In this document: positions 39,101 to 54,100 of the stretch, one piece after another | How the letters are laid out: each line of letters begins with the position of its first letter | How positions within the stretch are numbered: position 1 is the first letter of the stretch | Source of the DNA: Antedon mediterranea | Taxonomy: Eukaryota > Animalia > Echinodermata | Assembly: GCF_964355755.1 (NCBI RefSeq) | Contig: NC_092676.1 | Span: forward strand, 4,751,888-4,815,887 | Reading direction: 5' to 3' | Length of the DNA: 64,000 bases | The notes under the pieces: generated by a model | What the model was told of the DNA's origin: nothing | The model's input: only the letters and a program-made list of their open reading frames with translations | The model's database searches: none | Translations under genes and position numbers: made by a program

Positions 39101-42100
39101 AAGTTGTTTTTGTATTAAAGTTTACTTTGTATATTAAAATTTTTTCAACTATATTCTGTTTATTAAATGATGTTTCAAACTTATTTTAAATCTAAAAACA
39201 ATTTAATTTAAATTCAATTGATGATTATAGAAAATATTGAGATTAAACACTGAAATATTCATTCCAATATATAGGAAGTAATTTTACAGCCTAAATAATT
39301 GCTGATATAAATTACTATAAACTAGATGGAACGCTCGCTTCGCTCGCGTACCATCTAGGTCGTGCCCACAGATGGTTCTCGAATACACAGTATTTCCAGC
39401 GAGAAAAAAAATGGAGATTTCAAATGTACGTACCGCAGGACTATAATACATTATCGTTTACAGAAACGAATAAATATACACAATGATTTATGTAGTCAAC
39501 CAAAATTAGCACCCTGGGAATTACTTCCAAGAGAGAAACAAAATGAGTCAAATTTTTTTATTTGGACTCATTTAAACAAACTCAATTTGTGTTTTGTATG
39601 TAACATTAAGGGTTGAGGGATGGGGGAAGAAGATAGGTACAAAGAGGAAACATTTTAAAATATATTCTTATCCACTCAGTAACGAAATATTGTTTTTAAT
39701 GTTTTATAGGCCTATAAATAATATACCACTAAATACAGTAAAACATTTACGATTTAATACGGTACTTTGTTAAAACTCTCACTGTCATAGTCGATTGAAA
39801 TAGTAAAGTACATGTAACGATACACCACTACGACGTTTATATATTTTTAAATTATTAATTAATACAAACGTTGAGAAGCAACTGTCAGTAATAACGTTTA
39901 TTTATTTGTTTATTATATGTTTATAATCTAACAGTAGGGCCTACCCACACTCACAGTAATAAAGTTTATTTGTATATATTTTTATATTACATCTAACAGT
40001 ACCAACACTCACAGTAAGAAATTTGCGATTCAAATTGGGATCAAAAGTGGTTAATACCTTAACAGTATTGTACAGCATTGCAATACTATTTATGTTTATT
40101 CTCCAAGGGGGCCCATAAATCTAAATCTATACCTCTATGGTTAAACCAAATAATTTGGAATGTTTATTTGTATATTATATGTTTATAATCTAACAGTAGG
40201 GCTTACCCACACTCACAGTAATAAAGTTTATTTGTATATATTTTTATATTACATCTAACAGTACCAACACTCACAGTAAGAAATTTGCGATTCAAATTGC
40301 GATCAAAAGTGGTTAATACCTTAACAGTATTGTACAGCATTGCAATACTATTTATGTTTATTCTCCAAGGGGGCCCATAAATCTAAATCTATACCTGTAT
40401 GGTTAAACCAAATAATTTGGAATGTTCCATTCATCACAAATCAATACATTTGTAAAAACGTATATTAAATGTATCAAAATAGTATTTTTTAAAGAAAATC
40501 GGCCTGTCTTCAACATTATGATGCTGTACTCGAACTGTTCAACCGGTTTTCAGCTATTAAAAACAATTATCGTAGGAGGAGATAGGAAAATGCGAAGCCT
40601 CCTCGCATTTTTGTGGCGGGTATTTTTCAAGATGGACATCCATTAGACAGTGTATACCACGATCGGAAAACACCCCTATTTGGGGCAAATCGTTGAACCT
40701 AAATTCGTTTTAATCGTCAATAACTAATTATCTAACTTAATTTAATTAGTAAACAGGGTTACATCAGGTGGTTAAAATCAGTACCGAAAGTACGAACCAA
40801 CTTTATATACCATCGAGTAAAAATTCTAGAAGTAAGGCGCGATTTACCGAATTTTGCCCTTACGTAAATTTATATATAGATGATTGTATAACAATACAAT
40901 TGTTAATAACAAAATATAACTTAATTGAAACCATTGCTGTCTTCTGTAGCGATGACGATGATATTGTCGTTTCCCACAATCTCGATTCCCTCTTTCTTTT
41001 TGATTATTGTCTGGTAGCAGTCCATTTTTTCCAACAATGCCATTTTACTTCTCTCACTTTTTACAACCAAAATGTCGCCGTTTATCTGCAACTTTTTTTT
41101 TTCATTTTCGGTCTTCATGAAAGTACCACTAGATAACAAGTTTACTTCGTGTTGCGATACGTTAGTTGGTCGATGGCGATTTATGATAACTGTTTTCGTT
41201 TCTTCATTGGCAATAACGATAGTGTTGCCATTTCCTTTGATAGTAATTTGCTCTTTTTTAGTTTTCATTAGAAAGTTTGACATCTTATTATTGTTTACTA
41301 AAAGATAGTAACTTTATCTTGATGTAATTAGTAGACTTGTTCAAATTTTTATTAGCGTGGTTCATTATATAGCGTCTGGGTGTAAATTCCCAATTTTGTT
41401 TTTATAAATATTACATTAATAATTATTTGTAATGATAATGAAAAATAACTTTAATTAGTTGGAATGTTACAGTTAATATAATGCAAATATAAGGTTCTTT
41501 TGTTCAGTTTGACCAATCAATGATCTGTATTTTGATTTGTTGTGGAGTTTTGGAAAGTTTTAAAATGTCTGATACATGATGACTCATTACCCTCTATGTA
41601 GTTGCCATTAGAACAACCACCATCATTCTCTCTGGTTTTCTCTCCCACTTTCTAACTGATTCTTATTTCATTTTTTTTTATTATTTAGATGTAAACAAAA
41701 CATTTTTTTTCTTTCTACAGTTCAATATTAATAAGGAAACATTTTTTGTTTTCATTTTTCAATTTATTTCAACTTTTTGGATTTTTACCACAACAATTGA
41801 GGTCTGTCTTTCAGTCTGTTTACTGTCCTGAGTTTTTTCAATCAATTTTCAAAATCTTTTATTTTGTTTTAAAAGTTTTAAAAGTATTATGTGTATTAAG
41901 CACTGAAATTGTTACTGCTGTGACTATAAAAGTGCAACAATGTATGAACTGTGTTTCAAAGTGGAAGTTTTATGAGTAGTCATTGTTACAATAAACAAAT
42001 GCAATAAATGTATCATGGTTCTTAAAGAAAGCTTGCGATTATTGCATGAACATGTTAAAGATTAAGTTAAGTATAGTAACTGCAGTAGAATATTTTTTTA

Positions 42101-45100
42101 GAAATGATTCCTAATATCTTTTTTTATAATTCTTTATCAGGTTATACGTTGGATAATCAGTCAAATTAATTGCTTATGGAAATCGACGACAGCAAACTCC
42201 ACTGATGGAGAAACATCTAATATCAGTGTTTCTGGTGGCGAGATGCATACATGGCGACCGTGGGATCATATATTTTCACTGTGTAAAGTTGGAAAAGGAC
42301 CTCATGTTCCTTTGCACAACCCTCATGGCAAATACGTTGTCAGATTGTATTGGATGGTGAGTTTTTACAAAGAATAAACAAATATTGAAATTTCAAATAG
42401 AGAAAATTTCTTTTTGTTTGTCAATGATACACTTGAAAGTTTTCTACATACCTTTTACTATGTCAACTATACTATAACTTTTAAACTATTAGTTTTAACA
42501 GTTATAGTATAGTTTAACTATAACTTAGTCAATGGTTATATTATTTGAAACTAGGCTACTTTGATGAGCAGCAACTGGATCAGTTATTCGGATGTTTTTA
42601 TTGCCATTTACCATGATTATCTGTTAAAAAACTATCACTATTACTATTTGTATGCCTAGTGTGTAAACATTATTGACATAATTTCATAAACATCTTCATG
42701 TCGTACAACTACTCGTAACATTTTTTCTCAACTTTCTATCATCTAAAAGTCGTAGTTAGTCATGCCTCGGGTCACATTCTATGGTCACCGTACAGATAGG
42801 CTACTACATCAGTACTTCTATGAATGGATGACTAGCCGGTGACAATAACGCTAGTTGGTCATACCCAGTACCGTTTTGATTTTAGGATCATTCGGGAAAC
42901 CACCTCACGACAAAAAACCATTTGTTTACTGCTCAATATTGTTCTATTGGTTGCTAATACTTACCTTGTATGTAAAGCTCTGTCTGTATCTGTACAGTAT
43001 CAAACTTTGTGTGACAAAAAGTGATATGCCCAAATATGGTAGCGATATGACATCATCAAGTTGAAATCTTGCCAAAACAATGCAAATTTTGATATGGAAA
43101 TTTTCAAAAAAAGATCAAAGTGAACTCAAAAACAAATTTTGTACAATATTATTTATAAATATAATTATATCATCACGTCCATATATGGGCACATCACATT
43201 TTGTTGTCACATAAAGTTTGATAGTGTAGACAGAGCTAGCTGTAGGTGTGCAAGTTGGAATCTTGCCAAGACAATGCAAATTTGTTATGGAAATTTCCAA
43301 AAAAACATCGAAGTGGACTTTGAAACAAATTCTCAAAAATATTATTTATAAAAATAATTTTATTGTCATAATTTTATTTCAATAAAATATTGATATAAAG
43401 TAAATTTTATTTTAAGGGTTGTTGGAGAAAAGTGACAGTGGATGACACAATTCCGTTTGACAATACCGGTAAAATGCTTCTGCCCGCTAGCACGCTCCAA
43501 CATGAAATATGGCCGATGATTCTTAGCAAGGCTATTATCAAAGTTATTTCTCTTGAGTAAGTACATAAAGTTTAATTTTGAAGAATGTTCGGGAACTTTA
43601 ATTTTGTCAAATTAAATTTTTTAAATTAAAAAGATGTAGCCAAATGCTAAAAGTATTATAATGAAATCTCAATATATAAAAGTGGGGGCAACAAAATGAA
43701 ATTTTACATAGTTGTGGCATAAAATTTTCCAGAAAAAAAAAACAAAGGCACAAAAACTGGAAACTCTAAAACTAAAACCACAGACTTTATATAAAGTTCA
43801 AAATATCTCTTGAAATTGAAATTACATTTAGAAATTCCAAAATTCATTTTGGACAACAACAGTTCACATAACCTTCCTCATCATTGAGCCAGGGAAACAA
43901 CTATATTGAATCAAATGCTGCTATTGCAATGGATAGGAAGAAAAGTAAATACACTCCCTGCACATAAACCAATTCTTTTTAAATAACTAATTATGAGTCA
44001 CATTTTTGATTAACAGATATCATAAATAATAATAAAGCCCATGACTCTGAAACATGTTTGAAACAACTTCAAAGAAATGGAAGCAGAATTTAGATTCTGG
44101 GGAATCCAGTTGTAATGTTTCAGATCATACTGTATGGTCTGTGCTACTCCAGCATCAGTTGAGTTTGATGTTGTTGAAATTGATCAATCCTATGACTCAT
44201 TGTGAGCAATAAAATAATTGTCTTTTATATAAATTGCATATTATACTTTGTACATCTACAAATCTATGTTTCAAGTTTGGACAAGTCTTATTGAACACAA
44301 ATTCAAAGTTACCAGTTAAGTAAACTATAATTCCATTATTCTCCTGTTTGTGAGTCAAACCTCTATACTGGGGGATTGCCCAGAGCCTGAAATTAGATTG
44401 AATTACAATTAGTGATGGAAAAGTACTGATGTTGTATGATGAAATAATAAAAGCCTTTTGTTTGATTGATTTTCAAGAATTTTCTCTTGAATAAACAATA
44501 TTTTATTTTAAAACTGTTAAAGATTTTTTTTTAATATTTAATTTTAAACACTAAATATTAATTATATTAAATCGCAACAATTATGATTTATCTCAATCAT
44601 GCATTCTTTGCTCATAATCATTCCTTAAAATAGACACTTTTACAATACATACAATGCTTTATTAATTTGTACAAAGCATGAAGACATAATAGGTTATAAA
44701 AAATGAAGACAAATTTTGAACAAACCTAAGATTGGCTTTTCTCTTTCTGTTCATTAAAAGCTTTTAGTTAGTAGAAATTAATATTTTTAGAAAAGGTTTT
44801 TATGAGTCGTGTAGGTTTAAACCCTGTGCGATGACACAGATTGTGGTGGAATTGTTAGGTGACAGATAGATATGGACTACTGATTTTTTTTTTGTGTTTT
44901 TCTGCAAAAGGCCTCTACCTCAATATTTTTTATAGTTTATTAAAATTATAAAAAAAAGCATGGCCAACTTCATTTTAATTAGTAAAATATTAAAAAATTG
45001 TACAGAATGTGGATCCTGGTTCGGATCCAAAATTGAATGGCGTTGTCCGTGACCACATATCTGTCTGGTTTTTGGTAAAGATCCGTCTTTGACACAAAAT

Positions 45101-48100
45101 ATAACTTCCTAGGCGGGGTGATAATAATAACATAATATAAATGTAATCATACATGTGACTATGAAGCATGTTTGGATTTTACAGTCAATTTAAAGCTTTG
45201 TTTGGCATTTCTGGAAAACCTGTTTACTTCAGAAACTGATTGCCTGTGCTACTGACGTACTGTAGCATCAGTTCAATTTGTTATTTCTACGCCACATCAG
45301 AAACGCTCAGTCCATTAACTCATTGAAAATCATCAAATATTTTTTCTTTATATTGTAGTAGAACACAGAACACACAAACTATGATTTCTTCAAGTTTGGA
45401 AAAGTCTGAATTATTAAATTGAACAGATTTTCTATTGCCTTTTTCTGAGTCAAACACATTCATTCCTGACTGGGGGAATTGCCCAGAGCCTAAAATTAGA
45501 TTGAATTGAAATTTAGTGATGGGAAAGTACTGATTGTTAATGTTATATGATGAATTATAATAAAAGCATTTTGATTATCAAGAATTTTCTTTTGATGATT
45601 AAACAATATTTTATTTACATTTTGAAGATTTTTAGTAATTTTAGCCATACTTTATTTTATTTACCTCATTCATGCATTCTTTGATAACAATAATTCCTTA
45701 AAATAGACACATTTACAATATATTTGCATTATTAATTTTTACAAACATTAATGGGTTTTAAAAAATTCTTACAAAAGTTCACAAAATTTTGAACAAACCT
45801 AAGATTGGCCCTTTTCTCTTTCTGTTAATTATTAGAATCTTTTAAACATAGTTTTAGAAAAGGTTTTTATGAGCTAGGTAGGTTTAAACCATATGTGATG
45901 ACACATACTGTGATGGAATTGTTTTGATTATTCTCTTGCCTTCATATTACAGTAGTTGACAGAAAAGTTAACAGAAAAAAAAGTGGTAATCCTATGACTC
46001 ATTTCAATTACTTTGTTTTTCATCAACTTCCACTACAGTACATGTGATATCTATGGCTACAGTATTTTCTTGTGTTATCTGTGTTTATGTCTGATGCTTG
46101 TATACATGATAAATATAACATGTTATGTTGTTTAAATAAATTGCCTTTTAATTGTTAAATTATGCCTATACTTGAAGTTTTGTTTTTTTATCTTCTAGTT
46201 ACAATGGAGGCAGCAGTAACTCTGAGCTTGGGGATATGACAGTTTTGCAACTTTTTAGTGGGTGGTTACCTGAAACTATACCGTTACAGTGAGTATTACA
46301 GGATAATTATCTTTGCTTATATTTTATTATATTTTATACCATGAGAATAGATAGAAGAATAGAAATATATATATTAGAAATAGAAATTTCTTTTATCAAA
46401 CCAATATTAAAAAAGACTACTTAGATGGTGTACCTTAAGAATGTTGTTGTTCATGAAAATAAAAAAAAGAATGACATTTCTAACAAGATTGTAGATGTTC
46501 ATCATCATTATTCTTCTGTAGAAACTCTTTGTGTAAAAAAAACAAAACTGTTAAAGATGTATTGTCCTCCCAAAACGTGAAAAATGAAGATTAATTAAAT
46601 CAGACTTTGAATAGGTTATTTTGTAGTTTTAATAAAGTTCTCTTCCATAGAAAAAAAAAGAAAACTAAATGTTTTCACTTATAAAATGACAAAATAAATT
46701 CAAGAAAACCCCCATTGACAGTTTTTTAAGGTACAGTAGGTAATTTCTACCATCACAATTTCTATTTTTCTAATATTGGTTTGATAAACTGAAAATTTAA
46801 TCTCATTTTGTTTTATACTACAAATCAGATGAACATTTACAACTACTGTATGCAACGTTGAAGATGTAAAAAAAGAAATAGTTCTTTAGAAGGAAATGTA
46901 GATGCAGAAGAAATAACCTCCTAAAAATTCTCTATCATTACATATCTGCCATTCACTGGTTAATTCAAATATTATCATGCTTTTTTACTTTTGTATTATC
47001 TGACATTATTCAGTGTATCTTCTAGCAATTTTACATTATTAAATTTGACTTAATTTTTAAAGCACATTTTATTTTTGTTATTGTTATTACATAGTGCAAA
47101 AATAGTAAACATAACCTTTGAACTTGGCCAGACTATTATCTGTCTATAACAATAAAATAATAGAAAAGAAATAATAGAAATTCCCAATCTTTATTTAGAA
47201 TGGGGTTACAAAGAGACTAGGTCACAATTGAATAGCTTTCTTTATTTTGACTAGTAATTGTGAGGATAAAAAAAACACCACCCTTTATTAATTTGTATAG
47301 GCATACAATAATACAGTACAAGATGTGTACAATTATTCTTGTGTTCATTTGTAAACAGACTGAAAATAAAGCTTTTCTAATCATAGAGATATTATATCTC
47401 TATGTTCTAATATAACATGAATTTCATTGCTATATGGTTGTTATTTACTTTAAAAACAACTGCTTACATGAAAAAGTAAAGTTTATAGCATTTTAAAGCT
47501 TTTTTGTCTTTCAAACTAGGAGTAATTGTTCAATGGTCTGTTACTGCGAAAATGACAGTGTTAAGAAAACTTGCATTTTTTAAAACACATACTATAACAA
47601 TTGTATTAAATAATGTCAGAGAAACAAATTATTTTATCCTATAGTTATTGCTATTCTACATCATTGGGATTTAAAATGTGTATCTTTAGAATAAGTTTTT
47701 CTCTTAATTATTTAAAGTGTTCTTTATCACTAGGCATATGTTTACTAAGTATATTAGTCAGAAAAATAAAAGTAACTCTAGGAAGGCAGAAGAAAAGTCT
47801 GAATCTCAAATTGAAGCTGACAAAGAAACTGGTTTTGTAAACAGGCGAGACTTTCTAAACGTTTTTAGATAAAAAATTTTCTGTGTTTTCTTAAAGTTTT
47901 TAGAGTTAGTTACAGTATTTGAGAATTCTGTTTTGCTTACTAACAATGTTCCCAATTTTTTTTTCTAAAATGTTTATTTTGTGTGTTTTCTGATAATATA
48001 TTATTAAATTTAGGAATTTTATAGTATTTTCACTAATACGTCTTGTTTTTAGAAATTGTGATTTTTCTTATTTTAAAACCATTTTAGTTTATAATAAAAT

Positions 48101-51100
48101 GGTTGTCTGTTTGTCGAATGAACTGGATATGAAAAATATATTTTTTATTTTTGTTAAAGTATAATGAAACTCTTTTAATTAAATACAGTAAACTTTCCAA
48201 AAATCTGCCTGGTCCAAAATGTCTTGTTTCTGAAAAACCAGACTAAACTTGATTTGGGACCACTTGACCTATGGACAAATAAAACAATTACAATTTAAGT
48301 ACAGATAATAAATACATTGATATTACAATTTTGCAAAAACAATGCCATTTATTTTTAAAGGAAAAAGGAAAGTCCCTGTCAACAAATATCTTTTAATTTA
48401 ATTAAATTGTCATGTTATGAATATCAATTTGATTTAAAAATACTTTCTATAGAACTTTAGTTAAATTGAATTTATTCCTTGTTTTGGTTGAATACCAATG
48501 CCATGATTGTTATGACCTTGAGTTGAAGTTATATACAAAACGAGAAATTTCTTTAATGTCTATAACATTTTCAATGCATTTACAGATATATTTAATAGAG
48601 TCACTGTAAACGTCTTGCATCATTTTTGTACATATATTTTTAGAAGTAAATGCATTGTTATGATGAATAACATAACAAAGGTGTGGTGGTATTGCAGCAG
48701 CAGAGGGCCTAATAATATATATAATAATACAAACAATGTATAGATAACTAATAAAGATCAAATAAAAGGTATAAATGAATAATAGAGCACCAAATAAGGT
48801 ACAAATAAATAATGAAACACCAAATAAGGTATGAATAAATAAATAATAAAACACCAAATAAGGTATGAATAAATAAATAATAAAACACCAAATAAGGTAC
48901 AAATAAATAATAAAACACCAAATAAGGTACAAATAAATAATAAAACACCAAATACAGGTACAAATAAATAATAAAACACCAAATAAGGTACAAATAAATA
49001 ATAAAACACCAAATACAGGTACAAATAAATAATAAAACGCCAAATACAGGTACAAATAAATAATAAAACACCAAATAAGGTACAAATAAATAATAAAACA
49101 CCAAATAAGGTACAAATAAATAATAAAACACCAAATAAGGTACAAATAAATAATAAAACACCAAATAAGGTACAAATAAATAATAAAACACCAAATACAG
49201 GTACAAATACATAATAAAACGCCATATACAGGTACAAATAAATAATAAAACACCAAATACAGGTACAAATAAATAATAAAACACCAAATACAGGTACAAA
49301 TAAATAATAAAACACCAAATAAGGTACAAATAAATAATAAAACACCAAATAAGGTACAAATAAATAATAAAACACCAAATAAGGTACAAATAAATAATAA
49401 AACACCAAATACAGGTACAAATAAATAATAAAACACCAAATACAGGTACAAATAAATAATAAAACACCAAATAAGGTACAAATAAATAATAAAACACCAA
49501 ATAAGGTACAAATAAATAATAAAACACCAAATAAGGTACAAATAAATAATAAAACACCAAATAAGGTACAAATAAATAATAAAACACCAAATACAGGTAC
49601 AAATAAATAATAAAACACCAAATACAGGTACAAATAAATAATAAAACACCAAATACAGGTACAAATAAATAATAAAACACCAAATACAGGTACAAATAAA
49701 TACTGAGAAAATTCCACATAATAATACAACTGGAAATCAGTCTTGAAGTAATAAGAAGTTTCTAACTAACTTTAATTTAATATATTATGTAAATATATAA
49801 AGTGGAATAACTTTTCAATTAAGCAAAATTAAAGTAGAAAAGAAAAAAACTACAGTAAGTCAGTCTAGCATAATTTGGTACACTCTCTCTACAGGTATGG
49901 ACACTTGGCTCAGGTCTGGAAGTTACTCAAAGAAATCCTGCCAGAGTTTAAGCTACCCGATCCAGAGGTAGAATCTGGCAACCAAGATAATGTAACAACA
50001 ACAAAGAATGGGAAGAAGGATGGTAAAAAGGAGGAAGAAGTTGGAACTAAAAAAGAAGACCGGCCCAAAGAAAGAGATCAAAAATGTAAGATTTTCTGTG
50101 ATTTAGGATCACCCAATTGCATCATCTGGAACCTGTCTAAAAATAGAATAATGATGCACATGTAAGGTGATTCTTGGTAATCAAGGAAACTGTTTAACAA
50201 AGAAAATATTAAAAAGGTTAAAAATCCAAACAAGGAATAATTATATTATGCTTTATTTTCAGAAGACAAGAGAGTAGTGTTTAATTAATTTCTAATCTGC
50301 ATTTTTAAAACAGTGTTTTAATATAGGCCTAAATAGTATTTTAACATTGCCTTTTGCAATTTTATGTATTTTTCTTTGTTGTTTTATTGTCTTAATTATG
50401 CCAATTAGTAAAACAAATTTCCATTTTAAAGTAGACCAATACAATTTTTGGAATCTATTATTATTATCTAAAGTGTCCGCTTTTTGGTGGGTGTTCCCTG
50501 AATAGGATATAGTATTGATACTAGTATTGGTATTTTATGGTTTTCACTCTTGTTTTATATTACAGTGGAAAAAGAAACAAAAGCTGGCAAAGACGACAAG
50601 AAGGATAAGAAAGACAAAGAAAAACGTAAGTTATTTACCCAACTATTCTTGGTGAGTATTTATGGGTGTAACACGGAATTTCCCGAGTCAAAAATAAACA
50701 TTATTCATACTGACCTTGAAAATATTAAAAATAAATGTATAGAAACAGTTTGTAAAGTTGAAAATATAATAATTTAAGTAATTATGATATAAGTAATTAA
50801 TAAGTAAGTTACACACAGTAGAAATATAAAAGAAGGTTGAGATTTAACAGCAACAGAACAATACAAAGAACACAAGATAAGTAACTTTGTTCATTTCTTA
50901 TAAACACAGGCCTACAGTTAGAGAAGGATGGTTCTGTTTTAGGTTGGTTATTGCACTCTACTAAACCCGGTTGTTGTGTGATTATCTAACTTGTTTGTTT
51001 TTTTGCTGTTTTGAAGTGCTTTGTGTGTATATTGTTTATATTTAAAAAAAGTATAAATACACTACATGGTCTTAACATATTCAATTGGGAATTGTTATGC

Positions 51101-54100
51101 GTATGCGTATTGTTTTTTATTCGAATGGTAATGTTTAAAAATTGTTTGTTTAATATGTTCTTAATGTTGGAATTAACTAAATAAGTATAGAATGGAAAAA
51201 TGAATGAAAAAAAAACTTTACACAATGGAAAATTCCAATTTGAATGCACGTTACTGTTTAGGATTCAATATTTCGACATAGATGATTATGTCATCATCAG
51301 AAAGGATGATGATATAATTTATGTTTAAATACTGATCGCTATAGATTATGTCATCTTTAAAAATAATGATGACATAATTTATTGTCAGAAATAATCAAGT
51401 ATTTACTTATTGCAGTATGTATTATTATACTCTTGTAGTTTTTTTTATTGGGCCTTTTTGTTGATAATTATTTACCCTTACTTAGTCACTGTACTTCTCC
51501 TATCCTTTCAACTGATGAATGAATATTGAAAGAAATGCTGAGTGCAATGTAATTTTAGTGAGGTTTAGATTTTTAGAATCTACCAAGATTTGAACCATAA
51601 CTTAATGTTTAAATGGCTGGCACTCTACATTTAGACCATTATATAAAAATTGTTTTGACTTCTACTAGATTAGGACTAAGCAGAAGTGAGGTTTAGATTT
51701 TTGGAATCTAAAAGATTTAAACCAGAATTTGTTTAATTAGATGGCACACTACCTTAAGACCATTATATGAAAATTGTTTTAGTTAATACTGTAGATTAGG
51801 ACCAAGCAGAATAGCATAGTGGATGCGGTTTTGACACTTTTTTGTGTAAAATCTGAATTCAAGTCCAATGTTGGTCACTGATTGTAATTAAACCTTAGCT
51901 TGTACTGTGTAAAATTAATTAAACAGTGACTGGTGCTAGTAGGCCATGTTATCAATCCCTCGTAGCTTTCCAGGTTTCCCTCTATGTTTTCATTCCAACT
52001 CCTTATGAACCAGTTTATTTGTGCTTAGAATAACATTTTAAGAGTATAGATCTATTATTTCTGTGCACTAACCCTCTTGTTTTAATACTATATAATTATG
52101 CTGTGTTGCATGAAAGTAAATTTAGCATTGTGTGGATTTGCGGTTTTATTGTTTTCTTTGTTATTATTATCAACATCATCATTGTCTCCATTGTTATCAA
52201 TCAACATTTCCATTTCAATATTATACATCATCATTATCAGCATCATAATCACATGACCACGATGATCTTAATTGTTTACTTAATTTTCATCTTCATTGTC
52301 ATTATCTTCATCATATAATGTATCATAATTTATCTTATTACTTTCATCATAATTATCATATCAACATTATAATCCTGTATTGTTATATTGTCATCATCAT
52401 TATCAATTATCATCATATCACCATTATAATCGGTATTATCATCATCATTATCAATTATCATCATATCACCATTGTAATCTGTATTATCATCATCATTATC
52501 AATTATCATCATATCACCATTGTAATCTGTATTATCATCATCATTATCAACATTATCACCATATCACCATTATAATCTGTATTATCATCATCATATCACC
52601 ATTATAATCTGTATTATCATCATCATATCATCATATCACCATTATAATCTGTATTGCTATATTGCCATCATTATTATCAATATCATTATCAGTGTTTCAT
52701 TATTTTCTTTTTCATAGCGGTAAGACTCACTGCCTGTTCACACTTTGTTTACTTGTTTCTTTGCAGATAAGGAGCAAGCACCTCCCTCAATACCAGAAAC
52801 TCCTCAGATTGCAGTGTTTGTTAGTTACGTCCATCCACCTAAGGTTCCAATTCGTGTGTCCGCATTAGGTGAAATGGTTAGTAATAAAATGTCATTTATA
52901 TTTTGTATTTAAAAAGTGACCCACTGTAGGCACCTACGACTGATGGATAACCCAAAGGCTAAAAACATAATATCATTTTTCTGTATGAAATATTTCCAAC
53001 AATATATATGTTTCTTAAACTCTGTCTACACTATCAAACTATAGTTTGCCAAAAAAAAAGTGTGATGTGCCTAAATATTGTAGTGATATGACATCATCAT
53101 GTCCATATATGGGCACATCACATTTTGTTGCCACATAAAGTTTGATAGTGTAGACTGAGCTTTATTCACTCTCTTCCAGGCTGATGCTTCAGAAAGGCTC
53201 CGTCAGTCAGGCCTGTCACATGTTTTCCCACATCCTTTACTAGTGAAACGGACAAGAGCATGTCCCCTTATTGCACCTCCACCACCTCCAAAGATACCAG
53301 CTTGGAAGCTCATACGGCCTAGAAAGAAGAAGACCACACCCTCAGATGAACCAGAAGGTACTTTTTTGACACAATTTGTTAAGCACACGACCTTACAATC
53401 ATAACATTTGTTGTGACAACATTTCCTCTTTGGTACTTGTATTATAATATGTATATTATACTTTAGTCTAAAAAAAAATAGTTGTATATACATCTAGTAG
53501 TAATGGCCTGAATTTCTATTGAGGCAGACTTAACTAACTTGATTCTATGACTAACTTATCTGCTCTCGCTCTCAACGTGCCATGTGATCTTGCCAAAAAA
53601 CACACAAAACATTTAATCATATTCTACTTTTTTCAGAAGTAGAAATTAAGAAGCCAGAACAATTTGTTGAAATAACTTCACCTTATGTTAACTACAAGAT
53701 CAGCCCTATACCAATACCCACAGAGACGTAAGTGTAGACTCTTCTGATCGTTAAGACCCATTTTGAACCAGGTCATGTAAGCAAAAGTGAATAGAAATTA
53801 ATGCACTACAAGGTGTTTTACAAGAAGTTCCTCAATTTTGAGGTGCTTAGCTAAATTATTTTTTATTTTAGACACATATGGCCAGGATTACCAATAATAA
53901 ATGAATCACACCCTGATAAAGGGAATATTTTTTGAACCAGTCTTATTGTCTCGAATGATGAACTGGGTTCTTGAAAGTGCACACTGGTTACAACTGTGTA
54001 CATTTTACCTACGGTTTATAGTCCTTTTCCGAGAAGACTTGTTCTACCACCAGAACTAGGAGCGAGTCGGCCTCGAACCCTTGCCGATAATGTTGGCTCT

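Noticed and set aside
48510-49729. Three 323-384 aa hydrophobic minus-strand ORFs
   Set aside because: 30/31-bp intronic array; the one-base unit polymorphism shifts frame freely, which argues against coding selection.
52711-52725. Possible micro-exon ttcatag-CG-gtaag
   Set aside because: Two nucleotides would break the ADGB frame, and the downstream intron would be only ~47 nt.
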